Virus record (IMG/VR): IMGVR_UViG_3300028833_000075
Location: 32,001 to 96,000 of that record
Length of the DNA stretch: 64,000 nucleotides
Source of the DNA: a virus
Taxonomy: Duplodnaviria; Caudoviricetes
Strand: one strand, 5' to 3'
Shown: piece by piece, positions 46,601 to 51,428 of the stretch
How positions within the stretch are numbered: position 1 is the stretch's first letter
How the letters are laid out: every line of letters starts with the position of its first letter
The notes under the pieces: generated by a model
What the model saw: the letters and a program-made list of their open reading frames with translations, nothing else
What the model was told of the DNA's origin: nothing
The model's database searches: none
Program-made: the position numbers and the translations under genes

Positions 46601-49324
46601 TTTCAAACTCAACGCGTTAGCAAGATGTGTATTTTTAGGTCGTAATTTTACTTTTTGCTTGCCCGCAATCGCAGAAATTAATTCAAAAGGATTGTTTAAT
46701 GCTAACGCATTTATAGCGTCGCCTTTTGAATATAAACGTTGATTACGTCTATCGTCCATAGCTTTTAAAATTGCATCATCTACTCGCTTTCTAGCTTCCG
46801 GATCTGAAAAAAACAAACTTTTATCTTTTTGAACTCTTTGAGCGAGCGGATCGTCCGGGTTTGAGAACAACATATCTATTGTTTTGGCCGGATTTGTTCT
46901 AAGTGTTTGGATGTATTCATTCCATTTTTTGTTATTGCTTTCGATTTCTTCCGGCGTCAAATCTAAGTTTTGCGTCACTTGTCTTGAAATAGAATCAGTT
47001 TTACTTAAAAACCCTTTATCTGTTTCTACTCCATACATTCCGCCAACCATATCCAAAACATCAAAAAATCTATCTTGAATTGCAGAATGTCCTAAGTTTT
47101 TATAAAAAGGAGTTTTATTCATTGAAACATCAATAGCAGCTTGATATTTCAACAAATCAACAAAATCCTCATCAAATGTTTTTAATCCATTGCTTTTATA
47201 AGCGTTTCTTACTGCTTCAATCCCTTTTTTGTTATACAGCTCCTTCATTTCTTTTGGTGCGTTCCATGCAGGAACCATAAATTCATCAATGTCGCCATAT
47301 ACATCTCGAATCATTTTTTGAAAATCCACCTGCATGGCAGAACCTTTAAATCCTGCAGAACGAACGGTCATTGCTTTAGCTGGAAGATAACCCGGCATAA
47401 CCATCATTCCACCGTCAAATCCGGTGATTGAATTAAAATCGACAAATGCGGTATCATTCTTCGCTGGCATTTTGCCGCCCAAAGAACTAAATGGGACAGC
47501 TGGAGTATGTAAACGATTTCTTGCGTCAATTGGTTTATTTAAGTCTTTTACTGTAATAAATTCTTCATCATCACTAACAAGATTCTTAAAAATATCAACG
47601 CCATATTTATCAATAAATTGACTTGCTTTTTCGATATAGGCGGATTCTTCCGCTAAATCTATTATTCCGTTTTTATGAATTCCGGTTGGAACATATGTTC
47701 CATGTTCACCATGATTTATTGTCGGATATGAGAATGTGTTTCCACCTGGCGTTTGAATCGTTTTGCTGTTTTTCTCACTGAACAACTCTGTGACAAAAGC
47801 CATAGTTTCAGCATTTGGTTTTACTCTTCCGTTCTCGAAAACAAGATCGCCGTTTTGATTTTTTTCAAATAAACGATCTGTTAAATCAAGTTGAAGCATT
47901 TTACGTGGACCTGAATCAGAACCAAATGAGTTATGCCCAGACATACCTAATAAATTTGTATATATCGAAGAAGAAATCATTCGGTTAACAGATTTGCCTG
48001 CTGCTCTATCGTTATATGCAAATTCACGTCCTGCTTTATCGTCAAGGATTACGCCATTTTTCAAGTCATCTAATGTTAAAGACATGATTTGGAAATAATC
48101 TGGACGAACAGATACAGGCGAATCTACAGCTACTGAATTATCTATTGACCTGCCATATTTTCTTGGTTTATCAACGTACAAAGGCTGATAAATTGGAATT
48201 TTTTCAAGATCTCTTAATGCGCCATATACTTCTGTTACTGTTCTTGATGTTTTTCCCGCCATTGCAATTTGTTCATGGTCGTCAGAATTCAATAACGAAT
48301 GTCGATGCATCGGTGCCCCTTCTAGAGCAGGCCGAAGAATGTCTCTGTCCAAAAACCCTAACGCTGTCGCATACTCACTTTCTTTTATAGGTGTTTTTGG
48401 CATTATAAGTTGACCAGCTTTATTGTCAATTGTTCCTCTTCGAGCAACGCCAGCCATTAACAGAGCGTTTTCTAATGCAGGATATTTGCCTGCTGCATTT
48501 TTTAAGATATCATAATCTTCTTCAGACATATTTCCAGCATACGCCTTACGTCTCGATCCAACAGAATAAGGAACTGAAGTAGGCACATCTGGAAAATTGC
48601 GATACTTTTCTGGCATTCTTTCTTTATACGTGGAATACTCAGGAAGAATAGAAAGTCTTTTTATTGTTCCTTTTGATTTATCAATTGCCGATTGATAAAA
48701 ATCTTCTCTTGCAAAAGAAGGCGTTACCATATTGATAACACCTTGAAGTAATTCAGATACCTGGTCGTCGGAAAATCCAAATTGTCCTGCAATTGCGTCC
48801 ATACCTTTTTTAAAAGGTGCGTGAGATTTTAGTATTGATTCGTAAGCGCTATTTGTTTGTGGCCCCATAGACCTATAAGTTCTTGTAATAACATCGGAAG
48901 CTGCCCTCGAAATATCTGCAAATTCAGATTCAAACCCTTTTGTCATAGACTTTGGGATTGATGTAAACATTTTCCCAAAGTTACCAGAAGTAGAAAATAA
49001 AGTTTCAACGCTTGAAGATAAAAACGCAATACCCTGCTTTAATCCTGAAATCATATCAGAACTAATCGAACTGCCTAAGCCCAAATCTTTCATTGTTGAA
49101 ACAAGTGCATCCCGCTGCTGTTTTATTGTAGAAAGCATGGAATCAACAAAAGAAGACATCATAGCAGGAGCATCTTCCGGTAAAAACGATTTTTTATCTA
49201 TGTTTGCTAAAGAAAATGATTCATCTAATGATTCAAGTTGTGTTTTACATGAATTTAATTCTCCAGCATCAATTGGATTAAGTTTAGGATTAATTTCAAT
49301 TTCAATTGCCATAAATTTACACAT
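31634..49324 (-). CDS. Giant multidomain tape measure protein with N-terminal two-barrel RNA polymerase-like and PD-(D/E)xK nuclease-like domains
   Basis: 5896 aa between the tail chaperones and Dit. TP901-type core (EFDKSMTSIQMIT..LYRQGL..AGRTLNTII..IAGTRQ) at ~40000-40900, hydrophobic G/A-rich segment ~39775-39880, C-terminal FKEGGYVDYTGPAWVDG..PEAFL motif. The start may be ATG 49312. Confidence 0.9.
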   Translation of the reverse strand: MCKFMAIEIEINPKLNPIDAGELNSCKTQLESLDESFSLANIDKKSFLPEDAPAMMSSFVDSMLSTIKQQRDALVSTMKDLGLGSSISSDMISGLKQGIAFLSSSVETLFSTSGNFGKMFTSIPKSMTKGFESEFADISRAASDVITRTYRSMGPQTNSAYESILKSHAPFKKGMDAIAGQFGFSDDQVSELLQGVINMVTPSFAREDFYQSAIDKSKGTIKRLSILPEYSTYKERMPEKYRNFPDVPTSVPYSVGSRRKAYAGNMSEEDYDILKNAAGKYPALENALLMAGVARRGTIDNKAGQLIMPKTPIKESEYATALGFLDRDILRPALEGAPMHRHSLLNSDDHEQIAMAGKTSRTVTEVYGALRDLEKIPIYQPLYVDKPRKYGRSIDNSVAVDSPVSVRPDYFQIMSLTLDDLKNGVILDDKAGREFAYNDRAAGKSVNRMISSSIYTNLLGMSGHNSFGSDSGPRKMLQLDLTDRLFEKNQNGDLVFENGRVKPNAETMAFVTELFSEKNSKTIQTPGGNTFSYPTINHGEHGTYVPTGIHKNGIIDLAEESAYIEKASQFIDKYGVDIFKNLVSDDEEFITVKDLNKPIDARNRLHTPAVPFSSLGGKMPAKNDTAFVDFNSITGFDGGMMVMPGYLPAKAMTVRSAGFKGSAMQVDFQKMIRDVYGDIDEFMVPAWNAPKEMKELYNKKGIEAVRNAYKSNGLKTFDEDFVDLLKYQAAIDVSMNKTPFYKNLGHSAIQDRFFDVLDMVGGMYGVETDKGFLSKTDSISRQVTQNLDLTPEEIESNNKKWNEYIQTLRTNPAKTIDMLFSNPDDPLAQRVQKDKSLFFSDPEARKRVDDAILKAMDDRRNQRLYSKGDAINALALNNPFELISAIAGKQKVKLRPKNTHLANALSLKGKGDADAVALASWADTLELGGWRYPNNLGEQFELLNSKEYIDALDKYQMSRDAMIVNMNTIKKMGGGDVDGDTIQAVRKKLAETVKRTYESRGKNIEKLNTSVKSDDDIPLTENGKARKVQASDYADILYRKAASVFDMAAVSNANDALAQGNWSDPEWARFAQQAGVDLRAMYDIDTTFAKTGILAKWSHSANQARKMGTPYVRMFKNLQGAIEEGDFSKVKDFSQVNFPSRYSNLTTSAIAAGMDNPYSDNIINQFIQMQEHLQGIKNLENSENPVDLAKAKYLRKNNEVMAQFVSNRAQFVSQKDEDEMLGYLANWETLVNTELQKTKITEPGNKDKINSWMDQLHDVQFQRGRMRHLKEFGLTEQAKLRGEGFIPFSGLAKGRVTGETSLFDQSFNAEQDAIKARMNAISGGDEALLAAQKASAEKAVTSEQIQNLLSRNFSWSQLHSIEKETAGPLNWYKKYIENEQKPTTPIQLLGTALHETQSYWAKRRMENNEDYGTPEEMVDYVNNYLKNWQDPDTRQKLFPELPTEDSPLYDEKVKTRYKEIVEAAKQFPNLLRDQKIVGTEKNGGVVHPNFGTDQNGNRLKTIGYVDVVSEDANGVRTNWDLKNGFDHDSSLIGVHKFDQPVVYAGANGAQRAGIISYKGGKLETQSIEVTPELVSSVEDRMAKISSAIIPLAGKKDILGEILNGYFDPYLLPNVVRGSVRQMPSGGPLSSEFITQAATAAGAPIPNGVNVGVQNTGELTSAFSNRNYIDEQIERYEAIQNKLRSRELGYDKTRPSRSQWDNYAYMYSPEGYMDVTTRMRNRNASPDEIALFQTSFNTGREQFEKTLRAGATGDLANFSESIAEKIYTHNTTSSAKRILNERKSIDEDFERAQAAYNLLYNKENKTPEDEKALKEAEQQLQASEEMKESYEKILSEDATKSMQMDVEKILVSSMGKNAPIDQKISLRVAAFNQQREQILTSLENLHQNDIIKEDDYNRLTEMLNSATEEDYRTELKQESLVSRSKVAMNAQALIDRLSTSKALGVPATTPLPSQQLPPQKTEEERLQEEEQARLAEQQRLEEEQRKAEEARIAQEKAEAERQAALEAEQKRAEEAKAAQEKAEADRQVSIQEAKAKAQTSYDAKAAALQASRDSQLSELTPKEAEVATNLAAAQKSLDELRALPAAEKGTLPTTFDDQLKALQQSDQEIKENAQKKLNGIKEKEKAETSPELEQANKKAEAIRDKSIAENNAKYEETIKPLKDRLTEINNYKAQEESSKQQALSMIESEETKGLNDALADIEAQRKDNDRKNIENEKQIEDNYNNALETYKERREKAYTAADLSLEEKLARIENDDYTGYDKYEKQRRIEAANRDHGKDIAYADEKYRQRIETENELKTKAYEEEKERYEKRESSLYEKERTIKSEYSSPDRTENFERQKENIRKIHDTNIKSTEEEETRIKESLQKAEKDRDKANDEANNKYNTQIKENKEIIAKEQTAAINKEINDVEKDRDAVLAKNQEQREAIEVQKAAAERKLEDAYKSQSGDRAQKIQDAEQRVADLTKQQETLATERSNILSTYEQGMAAASKERDASLAAAENIPPVQIPVPQSTNAGKIGEAITEGTRQAIQATADQVRTEIPASAETPDAQPISSAVQESVSEIGKSEIEQALTKIETPTARMQIGAQLQADQERLEVFNQMKALEQYKQPDGTFEQPFMQDMYDRLNGYYNGDWAGRKDEIAENMMFNQNRAIDIQNQQIGRMETQNDLAHQQREHAAAVRRRNRYGQPGSMLINKLRSDADQRFSLGQQIASLNLNKTAEEEKLQRYREDFNKLSPEQQKSKEGAQLAGQIKESETKIAGYKSAIQDTTNEMNKFGGASSIMSAGLSKINTGLSRVMQRLGRQIFMKAINEAKRFVQEFDKSMTSIQMITLKSDSQMSTLGDGLIAKAKELKVSIGEITKSAETLYRQGLSDEEVDERLDVITKFSKVSGTDVNAATKLITVAMNTGLVTDPSQAADIVTSLGDSAATNASEIEKGIEKAGAAAAADGTTFAELASMLTAITSTTQIGGNTAGRTLNTIIGRMNKIGTNELIYDENGNAVSGSAVAKLLKQQGIEMYDQQGNKKSTYDTLYALSQKWEGMTDAEQQQIANAIAGTRQYSNFSAIMMGMSEGKVDEYMQLSGKSEGIVDEKNEIRMHSLQASIDTVRTAWDEMVNKMVDTGQFEVLAESIANIITGLGQIVGWLSQMKLLAPVILGLIGAIKGAQFGWVGALVGAATGAAAGAYLQNVQSPSSSSSFASEKKTYAKVTEDTAKEFSKNSKQSSLDRAKVLYEKGNSKTEDEINEYRKILKSFAVDVGISDELQQSISDSSGGLKDLSSSIALLGEISTTSSDNLDKYYQDLKDREEQKEKEIKAKAIKDNLVSGTLNDELTTKTEKSARTLVLYETNENGNEEITPELQNYFRIENGEVKSTFLDVFNGEGSKRDKVINLGEMFSYYGNTTWEDGFLDYLETTYKDAGQFTEEMENALSGIRTYYRNYIDFDNDRSHYLGVSDPKDEELLNSISLYNLGVLSQAYGTWLSTQQGDLPGEAHYVADTGSIIGDIIAASTEGLLPEEVTNKIKMSGSYLDSLRGENETLDEFVVRHYGLADGFNYDSFVAQVENDYLEGAETQGLARLDQVSRGSYYNKNGERITPEQAQAEYKSRYNKMATDVINDYLSRGVDYSEIFDVNDPNFEKIQNAAPEDLTLAISNYIDAGGKIIKDAADEINQEAEKIKNDYELVPNRILGLNQFYSQPKGWEEKNEAAVSADFIISQLDNYDNITDFMNFANTNSEAYTALQSLAMNNPDFQEVFNSIVGTYDEETGTFNAPDGIAQLRRVLNRSGLYNNTGYVEQKTQANIARSALTKLNQGAYHSEAEKEKAYEAAGVNQLKKELEDAEEAVRQAQNIPADKTEVYKDNEGILRTRNVAETKQTEATEQRDKIQSQYNEAVEKTDRPVLTQEERTALQPIIGNELLDKIGRYENGDESLINRLITNYGNGINGLTNRDKLAGIKELSGYIQDNKLVGYSKESAKKYLEGFSGAPELLALLTSEEPLTSDQEELLSTLLQQFNNYKNNLEISIEVEGLKALEETGDLLAGTAASVEKLRKGGKIALDEILNIQNNAFATKQQYSQFKNGSTQAEKDEAAMSILGMDSTQFYSNYEANMELAENMADQQRKALGEQLWTQYTNANWSDRNRIQKIARNLGFGLNLRQWTDIGVPDQDWINPATGQKLGYTDLQKASYARKLIRGDASVLEGGANFDKELYNAAYESLGFYGKEYQNRLNSTDAAVRASAAEYKTLAEAEARQAEIDAEEQERLNRAKLGATSFAGALNYANVRYEQNNKAGIAANNLFAQLDGQKVDNVRKLMDVLGQGNADDWKNLLESSDDVRKVFEDLGVAIGENGKLDFSGVTASGEQLDAQFRILAESVANASEAYKKIQEVLTTGESYDRAQEYLKGEGIEEKGFEALSQVTGNQQLAQAVRNARVRYDEQLEEYNAFQRLTFAEQNQYALQHEGVVPQNPGVFDWASELTDQDKEYAKIIMQNLENGGIGLTDYDRYEKLDEILNSQDRNLRGFYKDDTIGAYKDYTQGIEGADMWLAASMALEEYGLKMEDLANLEPGDLFNKAAEAVETYYGSVENAILADKDFKDGLIELKNKAFRPYKKETDEVISRFKQLRGSTKDQLEAQKQMAANRDAFAKATYFKENYGTSKVSNKSLAEYLGWTEEQVKANPLKAKAQLDLEFEADQQAIINDVNAVIESIESEVGDIPIEDFGPHFNINGTYDIGQLEAVAAEATGEAKRVINAIIASLAGTEGSVTFGAFGNGNSVRIASSNIRSAGGGYKGGGGGGGGKSKVDALLEGQQHYVKRREHFVNMSQKAETHYERMNDYQSYINSLNDEMNAQQALYSQYEANMAEMEKMKETVKEGSEDWYKLQESIDSTREAMAGITDTIDEINGKKINITETKQGYEDKPLSHATSMLQLKAQNYMDRGQFESYAVVTRQQIANYRTDIAMNNAQMAEWEDLIKEYEEGSQNWMNVRDKIWEIKEQNAELENKVLEDTHALNEAIVSQIATDLQNAMAPVTHEQNMLSTWGGMYQRNEQFGAYRSTLAQNNDYYQLNVAMYQTAIAELQAQMATLEEGSQAWYNARDAVFEYEEAIATATSSVQENNEAIQESYITELVNSYAQAEDAIAHQINMAKTTAERYDNDNDFANYQNMIREEMNLTNESLDLSRRKLADMEELLNGGALEEGGTQWKDLNKQIFELRETINSTEGAYENLVRQLEQDQLEHIIERFNERDEVAQHNIKMIQFEETRYQNNGELTNQNTMLTRENEEQEKRADLIREQIALLKEQQEVTKPGSENYKKITSEIMKMEEQLESTNQTIDKNTESIKKNVEQIHKIQQTLEQTVDKEIKDRIRLQREMLAGTVNIQDSILAQIRKRYTDEWNLIKKDIERKKQALNEEKNLINERLNARKNAADQEEKYERLAELQRQLGLISADPTRTKEAKELRKQITDLQKELSWDIATKEAEMATQAIDDQINAYSDYTAIYEENLGEMLEDARNFKDEMDVIMNGSFEDYVNYMREHDENYKNATDETRLQMEQGWEDTWKKMKGLTDTYWEEIDVTMASKDTFLEYMKQSQQYLNGSETDRWLLENQWSEMYDNYTKSTIDNASFDHNHEVVDAIDQLKDYTYDVRIADRSYSLGMYSSSLDYMYFRDKSIDPDAVNYDPNDQYSSVTGSYASLYDSYQKQLAKNEEYKIPQIIINAGGGGGGGGSSSNTSTDQSKYYEVYDDRGFRTNYVIKASSPNEAKAKASSSLGKHYSSGGSYYSTKPTWATKIFKEGGYVDYTGPAWVDGTKQKPEAFLNSYDTESLRLMLDSFNYIRTMPLTTFDQIPLGSNEPMISIGDVNVNLYEAKLENDADYDVIAQKVGKAFTKQLSKNGFNLAAYTM
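44600..45280 (-). other. PD-(D/E)xK (RecB/Cas4-like) nuclease domain within TMP
   Basis: FSWSQL (S1354), GTALH (1390-1394), E1480, GYVD (D1506), DLK (1520-1522), QPVVYA (Q1539); numbering from 49324. Confidence 0.75.
45950..47500 (-). other. Double-psi beta-barrel (YonO/QDE-1-like) RNA polymerase domain within TMP
   Basis: FDGG (D637), RSAGFKG (655-661), SMNK (734-737), RYP (931-933), GGGDVDGD (D976-D980, nt 46385-46399), AVSNA (N1052), FAKTG (1088-1092). Confidence 0.8.
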
Positions 49325-49338
49325 CCTTTCTTATATAT

Positions 49339-49367
49339 TTGACATTTGCTTATATTATTGGTAACAT
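49339..49367 (+). promoter_or_regulatory. sigmaA-type promoter for the plus-strand zinc-ribbon gene
   Basis: TTGACA (49339-44), 17-bp spacer, extended -10 TG-n-TAACAT (hexamer 49362-67), then AGGAGG RBS and ATG 49393. Confidence 0.6.
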
Positions 49368-49392
49368 GTATAAAAAACAGGAGGTTAACATT

Positions 49393-49737
49393 ATGGAAAT
49401 TCCAGTTTGCCCCACCTGCGGTAATTCTATTTATATCAAAGAATACGAAAAAGATGGTTGCTATGTTTGCGCATATAAACCAAACGGGGAAGATGGCGGC
49501 ATATGCGGAAAAGTAATTGGTTGTATCTGTAACAGATGCGGCCAGCTTCTCGCAGAAGATAGATTTGGATTAAGGAATGACGTTTATGAATGTAAAATAT
49601 GTGGACAACCTCAATGGGGATACACAGAATACAAAAAATCAAGAAAAGAATTTGAAGACATGTTTTCAGATATGATGAAAAATCTTCAAAAAACACAGGA
49701 TGAACTAAGGAGAAAACTTGAAAGCTATAAAAGATAA
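49393..49737 (+). CDS. Multi-CxxC zinc-ribbon protein with C-terminal coiled coil
   Basis: Start moved to ATG 49393 behind AGGAGG; CPTC, CYVC, CNRC, CKIC; QWGYTEYKK. Confidence 0.75.
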   Translation: MEIPVCPTCGNSIYIKEYEKDGCYVCAYKPNGEDGGICGKVIGCICNRCGQLLAEDRFGLRNDVYECKICGQPQWGYTEYKKSRKEFEDMFSDMMKNLQKTQDELRRKLESYKR

Positions 49738-49790
49738 AATTTGACTTACAAACTATAATAACACCAACAATAACTTATAGAGGTGATATA

Positions 49791-50039
49791 ATGACAGTAT
49801 TCTGTCCGAAATGCAATAGCCGCAACAACAATCCGAAGTATGCAAACGATCATTTTTACATATGCTCAGATTGCGGACATATTATCGGGTATGAATGCCA
49901 CGATAGATTCTACGATTATAATCACCTTGCATTTCTTAACAATGCGTTCGTTTGTAAAGAATGTGGAAAAATACAATGGGGTTATACAGAATATAAAAAA
50001 AAAGGGGAGAGATTGTTAATCTCTCCCCTTGATCGCTAA
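49791..50039 (+). CDS. Multi-CxxC zinc-ribbon protein, paralogue of the preceding gene
   Basis: GAGGTG RBS; CPKC, CSDC, CKEC; same QWGYTEYKK motif. Confidence 0.75.
   Translation: MTVFCPKCNSRNNNPKYANDHFYICSDCGHIIGYECHDRFYDYNHLAFLNNAFVCKECGKIQWGYTEYKKKGERLLISPLDR
49995..50030 (-). terminator. Strong intrinsic terminator (minus strand; possibly bidirectional)
   Basis: AAGGGGAGAGATT/AATCTCTCCCCTT stem followed by a long T-run on the minus strand. Confidence 0.75.
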
Positions 50040-50047
50040 TTTAGCTT

Positions 50048-50410
50048 TTACGCAAGAGTGTTTCCCTTTTGAACCTCATGATTAACCTTCATAAACTCGA
50101 TAACATTTTTAATGTAATCGTTTTCCTCTTCCAGCATAGCTGGATCAACCGTGGTAGTTATTAGGTCGTATACCCAATTTATAACTTCCTTCTTTTTACT
50201 GTCGGTTGCGTTTCGTTTTTCTGCTTCGAGCCGCAAAATATTTTCTACATCCCACCAGTCTGTAAGATAACTATCTTCCAAACTGTCAAGATTACTTTCG
50301 ATGTCCCGGCAAATAATATCTTTCCACTCCGGTTCAACATACCACGTTTCGTTATCTAACTGATGTATTGTTTTTTGCATAGCTTCGAAAATAAATTTTG
50401 AATAGAACAT
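50048..50410 (-). CDS. Hypothetical protein
   Basis: 120-aa ORF with AAGGAAGTG RBS. Confidence 0.65.
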   Translation of the reverse strand: MFYSKFIFEAMQKTIHQLDNETWYVEPEWKDIICRDIESNLDSLEDSYLTDWWDVENILRLEAEKRNATDSKKKEVINWVYDLITTTVDPAMLEEENDYIKNVIEFMKVNHEVQKGNTLA

Positions 50411-50423
50411 ATAGTCACTTCCT

Positions 50424-50582
50424 TTAATAAACCTTTACAATTTGACCGTCTCTATAACCGTTGTCGGCCGTCAAATAAATTTCGTCTCGAACTACAATCT
50501 CTGTAATCTCGTATCCGTTTTCAACAACCGGAAGATCCAATGGCAATTCTTCCAATGTTTCAATCAGTTCTCTTACGGTCAT
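50424..50582 (-). CDS. Small hypothetical protein (52 aa, MTVRELIETLEELPLDLPVV...)
   Basis: Read by eye, below the ORF-track cutoff; fills the gap between neighbours; MTVxELIxxL start typical of small phage proteins. Confidence 0.55.
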   Translation of the reverse strand: MTVRELIETLEELPLDLPVVENGYEITEIVVRDEIYLTADNGYRDGQIVKVY

Positions 50583-50587
50583 GAAAC

Positions 50588-51019
50588 TCACCGGCTCTTA
50601 CGTTTGTTGAAAAACTTCGGCTTTTCTTCTTTCGGGCTATCTTCCGGAACGACGCCTAATACATGAACGTGCTCTTTAACCGTAGACCCCTGAATTGCTT
50701 CCGGTTCGTCTGTTAATTTAACCTTTTCCGGATTAATTCCATGTTCCTTTGTTTTAACAGAATATGGATTTGGAAGTTTCTTTTCAACAATCTTGCGTAC
50801 ATATTCAATCATGCGGAGCTTTGAAACACGACCGTTAATTGCTTTATTTCGCCAAGCAGCACAGGCAATCTTAGCCATGCTGAAAAGTTCTTTTGCTTCA
50901 TTGTCTTCAAATGGAGCATCTTCAGATCCTTCAATCCAGTTTCGAGCTGCAGCGTTAAACGTTCCCTCGTCTTCGTTAATAGCGGATAAAACTCTTTCAT
51001 ACAGTTCATAATTACTCAT
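50588..51019 (-). CDS. Hypothetical protein
   Basis: 143-aa ORF with AAGGAG RBS. Confidence 0.65.
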   Translation of the reverse strand: MSNYELYERVLSAINEDEGTFNAAARNWIEGSEDAPFEDNEAKELFSMAKIACAAWRNKAINGRVSKLRMIEYVRKIVEKKLPNPYSVKTKEHGINPEKVKLTDEPEAIQGSTVKEHVHVLGVVPEDSPKEEKPKFFNKRKSR

Positions 51020-51032
51020 GTTAATTTCTCCT

Positions 51033-51428
51033 TTACTTTAAATATTCTTCGAACCAGCTCATATCGCCAAGTGCTTTTGTTGCCTGTTCTTTCTGATGTT
51101 CGCCAGATTCGATAACAGCCATTGCTCCTGGCATACTGAGGAATGTGGCAGCACTGTTTGTCGTACTTGCTTTGATAAGCGGATTTGCCTGTTGAATCAT
51201 CTTGTTGATTGCTTCTCCGCCCTTCTTGTCGAAAACGGTTCTGCCGAACAGGTTTGATATGGACTCGAAATTAATTTTCTTACCAATCGCTGCAAGGACA
51301 TCTTGAAAGAAAACGTAAGACATATTGTTGATTTTTTCCTCGTCTACTTCGCCCAGGTGGGCAGCTACAGCCGCAACTGCTTCGTCTAAACTTAGCGCTT
51401 CGCTTGCTCCTGGGCTTCCCTGTTTTTT
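51033..51428 (-). CDS. Tail assembly chaperone T-type segment, reached by -1 frameshift
   Basis: Frame open from the slippery site at 51422-51428 through SLDEAVAAVAAHLG..NMSYVFF to the stop at 51033. Confidence 0.65.
   Translation of the reverse strand, partial: KKQGSPGASEALSLDEAVAAVAAHLGEVDEEKINNMSYVFFQDVLAAIGKKINFESISNLFGRTVFDKKGGEAINKMIQQANPLIKASTTNSAATFLSMPGAMAVIESGEHQKEQATKALGDMSWFEEYLK

Noticed and set aside
45950-47500. Multisubunit RNAP beta-prime subunit (rpoC), or a calcium-binding DxDGD loop
   Set aside because: The motif is GGDVDGD rather than NADFDGD, occurs once, and is accompanied in the same chain by RdRP/YonO-type motifs of both barrels.
49741-49760. TTGACT...TATAAT as a sigmaA promoter for the second zinc-ribbon gene
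   Set aside because: The hexamers are only 7 bp apart.
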